A DNA stretch of 64,000 nucleotides from a virus: IMG/VR virus record IMGVR_UViG_3300042309_002578, positions 32,001-96,000 of that record; one strand, written 5' to 3'. The notes beneath the pieces were generated by a model. It had not been told where the DNA came from. It searched no databases and was given only the letters and a program-made list of their open reading frames with translations. The translations under genes were made by a program, and so were the position numbers. Shown here in pieces: positions 18,928 to 29,496 of the stretch. Within the stretch, counting starts at the first letter, position 1. Every line of letters begins with the position of its first letter.

Positions 18928-19290
18928 CTACCAACCTTGCATTTCTACTAGTTCCATACACAGGTCATTAATCTTGTTTTGGTTAGGGTGGTGGGGCAGT
19001 GTTGATTGCTCGTACACTACAATCATCTGGGCAAGCAGGTCTTCTGACAGTTGTTTTAGTTCCTCATAGGAGTAGTCGCCTTTTAAGATAGCCTTTAACT
19101 CAGCAGCATCACCAGCCAGGTTTCTGTCAACCAAGACTCCCTTACCCTGCAGAATCTCTACACCACCTTTTAACAATCTAATGCAGTGCATTCCGTGTTT
19201 AAGATCATAGCCAGCCAGCCGCTCCATACCAGCCCTAGCAGGGTTTCTATTCTTCTGCCAGGATAGATAAGCATTCCATTCTCTTAAAGG
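18928..19290 (-). pseudogene. C-terminal fragment of RlaP/YcgL-like nucleotidyltransferase
   Basis: RNPARAGMERLAGYDLKHGMHCIRLL...LKAILKG...STLP resembles this family's C-terminal domain; N-terminal catalytic domain absent. Confidence 0.65.
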
Positions 19291-19644
19291 GTTCTTGCCC
19301 TGACTTCGTTTGCCCAAAGGGCGAAATCATATCTGACAAGCGTATACTTTCCGAGAGTCCCCCGGTAGGTTTTTGTGTCTTGTACTGACAACTTAATTGT
19401 AACACAATATTGAAGGCGAATCAATTCGCCCGTGTGCGTTTTCCCCTTCGGTCTGAAGACGCGAAGCTCCCAACGCTACCGCTTTCCTCTTGGCGGACAA
19501 TCGCCACTAATTAAAACCAATATATTGTTTTTGTGTATCTAATATTTATTTAATATTGAATCAATATCACAAACAGGGCAAAAATAATGGTGAAATTTTT
19601 CACCATTATCAAAGTGTCTCTAGATTCTTAACTACCACCGACTA

Positions 19645-20142
19645 TTATAACAGCAAACTTTTAATTCTTGCCATCATTGCGCGATCGCATGAGTTTAGTT
19701 TACAGTCTGCAACTTTGCTTAGAAAAATATCATCTTCACCCCAGTTGTCGTAAATAATTTTATCGACAATCAGGACTAAATTAATGTCGTTTGAAATAAT
19801 CATATTGATTAGTTTCAGGTTGATTGAGTTGTTGCCAAGAACTAAAAAACCTTGTTTTAAATAACATTGTTCTCGAAGTGAAGCACTTGCCGAAGATATT
19901 CTTCTCCATGAGATTCCCGTTAAATATTCTAATTCATCTAAGGCGGTTTGGTATTTTTTATTGTTACCGCTTGGCGTTACATTATATACTCTTTTTAAAA
20001 TATATCTTGTTGGCGGTTTTTTCCCTTTTGAGTTTTTGTACTCAAGAATATTTTGCTCAATCAGAGCCTTTGCTGTTGTCTCGTTGTATTGTCCATTGAT
20101 AAACAATGTCTGAATTTTCCCAGCCTGTGTGGATCTTTTCAT
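19645..20142 (-). CDS. Hypothetical DNA-binding protein, weak KfrA-N-like
   Basis: GKKPPTRYILKRV...SGNNKKYQTALDEL. Confidence 0.4.
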   Translation of the reverse strand: MKRSTQAGKIQTLFINGQYNETTAKALIEQNILEYKNSKGKKPPTRYILKRVYNVTPSGNNKKYQTALDELEYLTGISWRRISSASASLREQCYLKQGFLVLGNNSINLKLINMIISNDINLVLIVDKIIYDNWGEDDIFLSKVADCKLNSCDRAMMARIKSLLL

Positions 20143-20604
20143 AAAAATTCTAAATAGATTAAACTGTGTTCAAAATATATTGTATATCATTCTGTTGCTA
20201 TTTATTTTAAAAAAATATTTTTTTTCTGGATAATTCTATAAATTAAAAATCAGTTGCGACACATCAAAAAGCATAAATTATATTTTATGGCTCGCGTCTA
20301 CATTTATTGTTGTGAGTTGCTGCAAATATTCGCAAAAGCGCACAACTCGCAAGCAACATATTTTATTTTGCGAAACGGCACAAATTTTGTGTCCATGTTT
20401 TTATTTTTTTGCACTTGGACTTTCAATTAAGATGCGCGATTCCAATTTTAGCAATATTTAATCAATATAAATACCATATTGATTTTACAAAATCAATATG
20501 GTAAAATCATGGAACAAAGTAGACTTTTGTACTTAGACGACGGACAAGAAGTTTATGTATAAAAAGCAAAACAAGACACAGTAAAAACACAATACAAAAA
20601 TACA

Positions 20605-21441
20605 ATGATAAAGCCATACAAATTGCCACAGGATTATATAAAATGGGCGAACTTTTTAGACCACTCAGACAAAATATCATTGTTGTCCGCACAAAAACCT
20701 TGCGATTTAACAAATGACATAAATGTTGGTAAAAACCTTGCTTACTTGTATGAAAAATGGTTTATCGGTTATCCAGTTTATTGTGTGCGCCGATCGCTAA
20801 TTGAAGAGATGTTAGAAACTGATGTTGGTGATAATATTTCGCTGTTTAAAAACATTGACTTGGGCGTACCAACGTATTTGCTATGTTTCCCAGAATCCAC
20901 AATAAAATCACCAGTGGGGAACGGATTTATTGACTATTTAATAGTTGATATAGTCGAAAATGATGTCAAGAACAGCGAAAACAACGAATACAAGTATTTA
21001 ATTTTTTGGGGGTGCTTCGACTCAAATAACACATTACTTTTTTCTGGTAAGGGCATCAGGTGGGATGGAACTATAAAGCGATCGCCATTTATTCTGTCAG
21101 GACTTGAAAAGGATGCAGCGTTTTTAGTTAGAAATATTGTTTTGCAGTCAATATTATTGTTGCAATATTATCCAGAGATCCAGCAAGAAATGAAAAGCCC
21201 GACACAATCAAGGGGATTTGGTATGGCAAAACCATCAGAATATAGATTTCCAAGATGGTTAGGCAACGAAAAAACCAACAACAGGATAACCGAGAGGGGA
21301 GAAGGACAAAAGGAAACGGCAAAAAAATCAAAGCACTATCGTTCGCATCATTGGAGATTGCAGCCCTGTGGGGAAGGAAGAAAAGATATTAAGCCAGTTC
21401 GAGTTAGAGGAGCGTGGGTCAATCCAGACTTTGAAGGTTAG
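20605..21441 (+). CDS. Conserved phage hypothetical protein
   Basis: C-terminal HYRSHHWRLQPCG...WVN motif seen in many phage proteins. Confidence 0.7.
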   Translation: MIKPYKLPQDYIKWANFLDHSDKISLLSAQKPCDLTNDINVGKNLAYLYEKWFIGYPVYCVRRSLIEEMLETDVGDNISLFKNIDLGVPTYLLCFPESTIKSPVGNGFIDYLIVDIVENDVKNSENNEYKYLIFWGCFDSNNTLLFSGKGIRWDGTIKRSPFILSGLEKDAAFLVRNIVLQSILLLQYYPEIQQEMKSPTQSRGFGMAKPSEYRFPRWLGNEKTNNRITERGEGQKETAKKSKHYRSHHWRLQPCGEGRKDIKPVRVRGAWVNPDFEG

Positions 21442-21511
21442 TAATAAGCAAGAATTACAAGCAGCACCATAAATTAATTTTATGGTGCTGCTTGTTTATG
21501 TCTTTTGGGAG

Positions 21512-22335
21512 AAAAACATATTGTAATCCCCGCACAGCAAGGGTTTTGTGTTTTGGTAATATTTCCCCCGCAGCCGACCCAAAACTATAAACCAAACATT
21601 TGCACCAACACCCTAACAACGCCCCGTGTCATCGGCTAGAAAACCTAAAATCTGCTCAACTTTGGTGGTAAAAACATATTGCAATCCCCGCACAGTAATG
21701 GTTTCAGCTTTTGGTAATATTTCCCGCAGCCGTCCCCCACAACCCAAACATTTGTACCAACGCCCTAACAACGCCCGTGCCACCGGCTTAAAAACCTAAA
21801 ATCTGTCCAGCCTTGGCGACAAAAAACATATTGCAATATCCGCACAGCAAGGGTTTTGTGTTTTTAGCGATCGCTCCCCGCAGCCGTCCCCCCCAAGCCG
21901 CAAACCAACCATTTGCACCAACGCCCTACTAACGCCCGTGCCACCGGACATAAAACCTAAAATCTGTCCAGCCTTGGCGATAAAAACATATTGCAATCTC
22001 CGCACAGCAAGGGTTTTGTGTTTTTAGCGATCGCTCCCCGCAGCCGTCTCCAAACCGGCAAAACAGACATTCGTTCCCAGCCTGGGCTAACGCCGATAAA
22101 ATCCCAATCTTGTAACACGCCTCAAACCCGCATTCTCTCGTTAAAAAATCTGTGGCGGATTATAACATAAGGTGTGTCAAAAGTAAAGGGAAGATGCAAA
22201 GAAAAAAGGGCATTTTCCTATAAGAAAGTGATCATCTTCCCAATTTTATTTTTGATTAAAATCAAAAAATTATGCAAGTACGCACCTATGTCTAAAATTC
22301 TTGTAATACGTCTGTAATACAAAAATAAATTAAAA
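21512..22335. repeat. Repeat-array element copy C: ~4 units plus leader
   Basis: Anchors at 21517, 21675, 21827, 21987; preceded by a long hairpin at ~21456-21496. Confidence 0.95.
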
Positions 22336-22781
22336 ATGCGCTTTACTTTATTGGTTGTCCGCAGTAATATATATTTAAGTAGAGAAAAGAAGAGGTTAGT
22401 AATGAAATCAGAAATAGAAAGGTGGTTTATTGGAACTTACGGAAAAGATAATCACAAGTATTACATGGTCAATAATTATGAAAACATTGATATATCCACT
22501 GAAGACGGTGATATTGAGCTAACATTGCCTAAAGACTTTCCAGTTAAGCATATACCAACGATTGTGAATGCTCATCTTAATGCTATTGAGTGCGGAATAG
22601 CTATAGGCAAAAAAATCCAAATAGATCACATCTCAAAGGTTTTGTTCGGATAAATACCAAAACTATAGTTAATAATTTTCGCTTGTTTTTGAAATATTAC
22701 AACAAACCCTATTGTGCTTTGTCTGTAAACAATGTATAATATATGAATCTGCAAAAACTATAAAAACACGCGAAAATACAA

Positions 22782-24602
22782 ATGTCAAACTCTAAAAGCA
22801 TTCAGACAACATTACCATTATTTGATTTAGCTTCAGAAACACAAAATGAGATTCCTGTTGTTGTTTCTGCTAAAGCCCCTGACCATAGGTTATTACATCT
22901 TTATCGGCTAAACTCTGGAACAGAAAATGTATCAACATATAGCGACAAATTTTGGCAGTTGCTAAACAATAGGGGTATTACTAATAAAGAACAATTTTAT
23001 TTGTTCGCTGATCCAGAAAAAACTCAGGTTGATAACCCCGAATTGCATTTTAAGGACTTAGCTACAGCAAAGGAATTAATCATAAACGCGATAAATAACA
23101 AAGAGAAGATTGCTATTGTCGGTGACTATGATGCGGATGGAATGACATCAACAGCACTTTTAATTAGGACATTTAGGAACTTAAATGCAGATATTAGTTA
23201 TCAAATCCCAGATCGCATAACTGAAGGTTACGCCATCAATCCGGCTATTGTTGAGAAATTGGCATTGGATGGAGTAAAACTGATTATCACGGTAGACAAC
23301 GGCATAACCTCTGTAACATCTGCCGACAAGTGCAAAGAACTGGGTGTAAAACTAATAATCACCGACCACCACGAAATTCCAGAAATTTTACCAAATGCCG
23401 ATGCGATCTTAAATCCTAGATTGCTGCCAGAGGATTCAATATATGAAAATTTAGCGGGTGTTGGTGTGGCATATATTCTGGCAGCAGCAGTTGCATTGGA
23501 TTTAGGAAAAAAGGATTTTATCGTTCAAGCAATCACCCTGGCCGCACTTGGCACTATTGCCGATATGGCCACATTGACTGGGATAAATCGTCGGTGGGTG
23601 CGGCGAGGGATGAAAAACATAGGTAATTGTGGTATCCCAGGCGTTGCGGCTCTAATTGCCCAGTCTCAAATCAGAAACAGTAATTCAGTCTCGACCGCTG
23701 ATATTGGTTTTAAAATCGCCCCAATGATCAATGCCATTGGTAGGATTGGCGATCCTAAAATTATTGTGGAATTACTAACCACGGACGATCCGCAAATTGC
23801 TAAGGAGTTGGCAATTAAGTGCGCGGCTTGCAACTATGAACGACAGATGTTGTCAAAAAGTACAACAGAACAGGCGATCGCCCAAGTTGAATTTAAATTC
23901 AAGCAAGCCTTAAAACAGGATAAAGTGCTTTTTCTGATTGCTGAAAATTGGCATCCTGGTGTTGTGGGACTGGTTGCTTCTAAGTTGGTCGAGAATTACG
24001 GTGTGCCAGCATTTGTGGGTGTGATAGTGGAAAAAGACGGGCAGAAACAGATAAAATTTTCTGCCAGAGGGATACCAGAATTTCCCGTTGGGGATGCAAT
24101 GAGAGCCAACAGCGATTTATTTATAAAATTTGGCGGACACCCACTCGCCGGTGGTGGTTCATTAAATTTTGACAACTATGATGCTTTGCGACAAGGATTA
24201 ATAAATTTTGCCAATGGGTGCATCAGAGAGGAAGACGTGAAACCTCTTTACAGGGTAGATACAGAGATAAACTTTGCAGAAATACCCCAGATTTTTGTCG
24301 AAAGCAAAATACTCGCACCTGTTGGCATTGGCAACCCTGAGCCTGTATTTTTAGCTAAAAATGTCAAGGTTGTCAAGCAAGAGTTAATGGGGAGAGATAA
24401 AACGCACGCCAGTATTACACTGTCCCAGGTTGTTGATGGTATATACCACGAAATCAGGTGCGTTGCGTGGAGCTATGCACGATATTTTCCGCTTCCAGAA
24501 ATGTTGGATGTTGTTTTTAAACTTGACGACAATTCTTACATGGGAAAAACCACAATCCAGCCACAAATTATTAGCCATTCAATATCAAAAAGTAGCTTAT
24601 AA
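22782..24602 (+). CDS. recJ: Single-stranded DNA exonuclease RecJ
   Basis: GDYDADG, TVDNG, TDHH, GTIADM, NAIGRI, HPGVVG, GGHPLAGG, PVGIGNPEP. Confidence 0.95.
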   Translation: MSNSKSIQTTLPLFDLASETQNEIPVVVSAKAPDHRLLHLYRLNSGTENVSTYSDKFWQLLNNRGITNKEQFYLFADPEKTQVDNPELHFKDLATAKELIINAINNKEKIAIVGDYDADGMTSTALLIRTFRNLNADISYQIPDRITEGYAINPAIVEKLALDGVKLIITVDNGITSVTSADKCKELGVKLIITDHHEIPEILPNADAILNPRLLPEDSIYENLAGVGVAYILAAAVALDLGKKDFIVQAITLAALGTIADMATLTGINRRWVRRGMKNIGNCGIPGVAALIAQSQIRNSNSVSTADIGFKIAPMINAIGRIGDPKIIVELLTTDDPQIAKELAIKCAACNYERQMLSKSTTEQAIAQVEFKFKQALKQDKVLFLIAENWHPGVVGLVASKLVENYGVPAFVGVIVEKDGQKQIKFSARGIPEFPVGDAMRANSDLFIKFGGHPLAGGGSLNFDNYDALRQGLINFANGCIREEDVKPLYRVDTEINFAEIPQIFVESKILAPVGIGNPEPVFLAKNVKVVKQELMGRDKTHASITLSQVVDGIYHEIRCVAWSYARYFPLPEMLDVVFKLDDNSYMGKTTIQPQIISHSISKSSL

Positions 24603-25372
24603 TTTTAAGTATTGAGATAAATTTGATAGGTATGAGAAAAAATTAGTTCTCATACCTATTTTTTAATTTGACATTGACGGCATTTTTTAGGGATTATCTC
24701 GTCGGATTTAAGATTTTGCTTCCCAGTGGACACAGCCAAATAATTCCCCCATCCAAGGTGGTGCAGCGAACCCATCACTATCTTCATAAAATAATTCTTC
24801 ACCAGAACAATTATTTGGCAAATTTCTGTCGGTGTTGTTATATTTTATTTTTGGATTACCACACGTAGCAAATCTGACATTATTAGACTCTATTGCGCTT
24901 TCACTTTCCCAATAATTACATTTAGAGCAAGTTTGATTCATGTCAAAATAAGTCTCATGAAATTAATATGTATATTATAAGATTTATGATTATAAAATAA
25001 CCAAAAATAATGCTTGACTTTATTTGTTAATCATAGTAATATTAATGTATAGAAAACAAACACAAAAACACCAAACAATGACAACTACAAAAACCCAGAA
25101 AACGCTAAATGTTTGCGAGTTGATTGATCTAGCAAAAAATAAGAACATAAAGGGTGTTATTCACAAAGAGGTTGATAGCTGTCATACCATTTTAGATATT
25201 AAACCTTAGATTGTGACATTTCAATACGAAGATGAGGTGTATAGCATTACCTTTATAGACCAGAAATTAAGATGGTTGGCGAAGATTCAGATGGAAAAAA
25301 GGAATTTTTTAGTGTTGACGGTGAATTTGCAGAACTATTAATAACAATTTTATTAAAAAATCCTCTAAAATT

Positions 25373-26353
25373 ATGCCTCTTAAACTCACTGATTGGGATC
25401 AAGATTTACCAATAAAGAAAGATGAAGAATACCAAGCCTTTATTCGTACACTTCAGTTTACAGACGGCTTTAGTATATTATTTGTGCGTTGTTCTCCTGC
25501 TGAAGGTGAACAATTAATTAGTCAAGTGAAAGCAGATATTCATGATCAAAATATAGAAGTTATCAAATTAGATAAAGATGTGACGAATTTATATGCAATA
25601 GTTGATAAATTGCCTAACAAAAACAATATCAATATATTATTTATTACAGGCTTAGAGTCTTCATTCTATAAATACGAAGAAGCCAAAACTTTAGCAGGTT
25701 GGAATAGTCGACAAACTCATCATTATAGTTGGGAAAGTGTACCACCGTTTTTAATTAATATCAACCAACAACGAGAACGGTTTAGAGATAGTTTTAATAT
25801 TTGTTTTGTATTTTTATTACCGCAGTTTGCAATTAAATATTTTATTCACCGCGCCCCCGATTTCTTTGATTGGCGTTCTGGTTTATTTGATTTTCTTTTA
25901 GATTCAAAAACTCTAGAACAAGAAGCTACAAGGATTATTCAAGAAGGAGCTTATGAGAAATATGCAAATTTAACCAATGAAGAAACAAATCAGAAAATCT
26001 TAGAAATTATAGATATTATTGAACATGAAATAGATAATGAACAAAAAGCTGAATTATTTTTTGAATTAGGTTATTTGCAAAGAGTTAGAAAAAATTATGA
26101 AGAAGCCATATCTTCCTACGACAAAGCTGTGGAATTTAAACCTGATTATCACCAAGCTTGGTACAGCCGGGGCATTTCCCTAGATGATTTAGGCAGGTAT
26201 GAAGAAGCCATATCTTCCTACGACAAAGCTGTGGAATTTAAACCTGATTTACACGAAGCTTGGTACAACCGGGGCATTTCCCTAGATGATTTAGGCAGGT
26301 ATGAAGAAGCCATATCTTCCTACGACAAAGCTGTGGAATTTAAACCTGATTAA
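25373..26353 (+). CDS. Cyanobacterial-type TPR protein, truncated
   Basis: N-terminal RAPDFFDWRSG domain; 102-bp TPR repeats at 26096, 26198, 26300; stop TAA where the previous repeat has TTA. Confidence 0.8.
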   Translation: MPLKLTDWDQDLPIKKDEEYQAFIRTLQFTDGFSILFVRCSPAEGEQLISQVKADIHDQNIEVIKLDKDVTNLYAIVDKLPNKNNINILFITGLESSFYKYEEAKTLAGWNSRQTHHYSWESVPPFLININQQRERFRDSFNICFVFLLPQFAIKYFIHRAPDFFDWRSGLFDFLLDSKTLEQEATRIIQEGAYEKYANLTNEETNQKILEIIDIIEHEIDNEQKAELFFELGYLQRVRKNYEEAISSYDKAVEFKPDYHQAWYSRGISLDDLGRYEEAISSYDKAVEFKPDLHEAWYNRGISLDDLGRYEEAISSYDKAVEFKPD

Positions 26354-27169
26354 CACGAAGCTTGGCAAAGACAATTAAATAGCCAAGGCGAATATGCAGC
26401 ACAACAGGTGATAAACAAGCTGCAACAAAAACAATAATCGCGCTTTTTAATAATATTTAGCCAAGATAGTGCTATTATTATATCACACAATCATTCATTT
26501 ACATAGAGAATAAAATGGAAACCGAAGAGAAGCAGTATTACATAGAGAATAAAATGGAAACCGAAGAGAGGCAGTATGGTCGCGTAACAGTTGATGATGT
26601 TAGTGACACTATTTTACTTTTAAAGAGATTGAGTAATCAACATGGGATATCACTTGATCAAACAATTGCGATCGCAGCCCTCCTGGAACAAGCTAGATCC
26701 AATGATATAGCGATCGCCACAACTATTGATCAATAAGCTTTCACCAAACAACAACACTAAATAATGGAAGGTAAAAACATGAGTTTAACCACAGAAGAAA
26801 ATACGGTATACCAATCTTTGAAAGACTCCTTGTGTGTGTAAGGTGGGTTTTTAGTTTTACATAACACAGCGGGAGAAAGCTACGAACTGAATATGTTGTG
26901 CAGCAGAAACTTTATGGAGTCAGCTAAGGTTTAGATGTCAAAGAAGATAACCATATTGTCTTGTCTTTGCAAAAAGTAAAATCATATTTTAGCAAAAAAG
27001 GATTGAAAATATAGCGTCGGCTAAAGTTGTCGCTGATGCTGCTAAAAACCGATTGATAAAGGTGTCGTAAAAATATTTAGCCAAAGTAGTAACTTTTATC
27101 TAAATATTTTTACGATGTAGATTGCGCCCCAGATAATATTGTGATAATATTTGTATATCTAAATAAATA

Positions 27170-27757
27170 TTGTGTGAGGGAAAAGTGCAAAAAAACAAAA
27201 AATCGAAATGGTGTCCAAAACCAGTATATGTTACTAAATATTATTCTCTGGAGACGCTAATACAAGAGAATAAGTGCTTAGATAATGACATCGCCGACTT
27301 GGTAACAGAAGATGTAGTCAAAGACGTTAATGAAATTATTGCTGCCCAAGTAGAAAATACGTTTGGGACTAATAAATTAAGGGTTGGCGACTTAATAATG
27401 GATAAATCTTTGTCGCCATCTGAAAGGGAAGATGGGTGCGTTTTATTATTAAAATGCCATCTTGGCGATGAATTTGTTTTCCTGGAGTCTTTAACGTTTC
27501 CAGAAATATATCTGAAAGACGGGGAAATAAACGTAACTTTAGTTGACTCGACTAAAAAATATATTATTGGTAAAAGACTGAATGACGGTAATGTAGGCTT
27601 TTCTAGGCTTGAATTTCAGAAGCCGCATGACAGGATATTTTGTTTGCGATTAACAAGCAACAGAGGGATTCTAATTAAAGTCCCAGTAAAATTTTGGTTC
27701 ATAACAGCACAAGGAGACACAAATGCTTGCAACAATAGATCAACAAACATCTACTGA
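27170..27757 (+). CDS. Hypothetical protein
   Basis: 195-aa ORF. Confidence 0.55.
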   Translation: MCEGKVQKNKKSKWCPKPVYVTKYYSLETLIQENKCLDNDIADLVTEDVVKDVNEIIAAQVENTFGTNKLRVGDLIMDKSLSPSEREDGCVLLLKCHLGDEFVFLESLTFPEIYLKDGEINVTLVDSTKKYIIGKRLNDGNVGFSRLEFQKPHDRIFCLRLTSNRGILIKVPVKFWFITAQGDTNACNNRSTNIY

Positions 27758-27925
27758 TTCTATAAATTTCTCAGTTCCTAGTTTGGGCAAATTTCAAAAC
27801 TCAGGAATACGATCACTACACCAAAATTCGGTATTGGCGACGATGTTGCTATTAAGCAGGAAACAAATATTTTCTCACAGTCACCAATTATAGACAAAAC
27901 ATCGAGTAGTGATATCGAGTAGTGA

Positions 27926-28624
27926 TTATGTTGCGGATTCTCCAATTATCTGATCAATTTTATTACAATAATCTAAATAATCAAAGCTTTTTCCGCCTAT
28001 GAAATATTTAATATTATTGAATAATCTAAATCCATTTCCCGTTTTCTCAATAAGCAAAAAACCGTACTCGTTTGTACAATAAAATGAGTATCCTGTAGTT
28101 CCGCGCTTCTCTAGAAAGACCAAACATACTTTCCCGTCTTGAATTTTGTTGTATGAAGCAATCTTCTCCCTCCTTTGAGCAAGACGATTAATTTCTTCTG
28201 AGACAAAGGCAAAACTTAATTCATTGTTGGATTCGTTAACGCTTCCAATATTTTTTTCAGCTGCAATCCACAATGTGAAGGAATCCGCTTTAATGAGTTC
28301 ATTGTGAAAATGCGGATTATCTAGGAAAAACAAACTAACCCTATCAATATCGGATTCAGCAAGCATAGCCCGCATATATTCCTTGATTTTAGCCTCTTGA
28401 TCTGGGTTAAATGTTGGGCGATTCTTTCTATCCGATTGTATTTTTTCAGCTATCTGCTTTAAGTAAGGTATAATGCCATTCTTTACGACATGATTAATAT
28501 AAGCAAACAAGATTGTAGCTACAACTGGAAACAGCAAGTCTACGACAACCTCTAACCCTTGTTCGTAAATATGTCGCTGTAAACTTTGGAGTGGTGAAGG
28601 TTGATCCGTTCTTTGGTTGTCCAT
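27926..28624 (-). CDS. Hypothetical membrane-anchored protein
   Basis: One N-terminal hydrophobic helix. Confidence 0.6.
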   Translation of the reverse strand: MDNQRTDQPSPLQSLQRHIYEQGLEVVVDLLFPVVATILFAYINHVVKNGIIPYLKQIAEKIQSDRKNRPTFNPDQEAKIKEYMRAMLAESDIDRVSLFFLDNPHFHNELIKADSFTLWIAAEKNIGSVNESNNELSFAFVSEEINRLAQRREKIASYNKIQDGKVCLVFLEKRGTTGYSFYCTNEYGFLLIEKTGNGFRLFNNIKYFIGGKSFDYLDYCNKIDQIIGESAT

Positions 28625-29281
28625 AGAAATTGAAACGGATAAGTAGGATTTAAGGTTAGGTAAAAGTGATCGCCAGCGATGTTGCGATCACTAAAGTTAA
28701 GAGTGTATCTGTGATAATTCTATTATAGCAATTTTATCGGCTTATGTGTTTGTTGCCGCGAAAATCCCTGTTGATTTGCGGTTTAGCTCCACATAACAAA
28801 ATAACCATTGGATTGATCCAATGGTTATTAGGCAAAAGTTAATATCTGTTTCACCGGGTAATGGGCATGGGCATTTTAGAGAATAGAGGTTGTGCGGGCT
28901 TTTCCCCTCAACACTTTTCTCCACATCCTGGCTGTCAATCTCGATTAAATTCAGCTTGAATACGAGATTGATAACAGGTATCAGGAGAATTTGATCAAAT
29001 TAAAGGAGGAACGCGAGGATCTTCTTAACGCCAGAAATAAGAAACTAAAGATTTTGGCAGAGGCTAAAAAGCGTGGTGAAACTGTTACGCCGGATGATGC
29101 TGGCGTGGATTACTATATTAGTTGCCATGAAGAAGAATTGCTAAGTAAAAAAGAGTGGGAAGAGAGCAAAAATATAAGATAATCATTTTGTATTTTTTGC
29201 CACTAAAAACACAATATCTGTGCTAAGATATAGATGTTATGGATACCAAGAGTAATACCACTTGGCGTTACTCTATTTTAA

Positions 29282-29354
29282 GCAGGATTGGCCGAGAGGT
29301 TAAGGCAACAAACTCATAATTTGTGGTAGACAGGTTCGATTCCTGTATCCTGTA
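29282..29354 (+). tRNA. tRNA with CAT anticodon, probably tRNA-Ile2 (lysidine)
   Basis: GCAGGAT/ATCCTGT acceptor, GGCCGAG..GGC D arm, ACAAA-CTCATAA-TTTGT; resembles cyanobacterial/plastid trnI-CAU and lacks the initiator GGG/CCC stem. Confidence 0.85.
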
Positions 29355-29496
29355 TTTCTAAAAATATTGACGATAAAAATCAGATTTTTATCGTCAATAT
29401 TTTTTGTATTTATTTTTGGAAATATCATGTTTTTTGCACAATATCACCAAAAATCGTATATAATAACATTAATATTGAGAGTATATTGTAAGTATT

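Noticed and set aside
25078-25340. Stop-codon reassignment (in-frame TAG at 25207)
   Set aside because: Long genes are intact in the standard code and several end in TAG; this is a local pseudogene.
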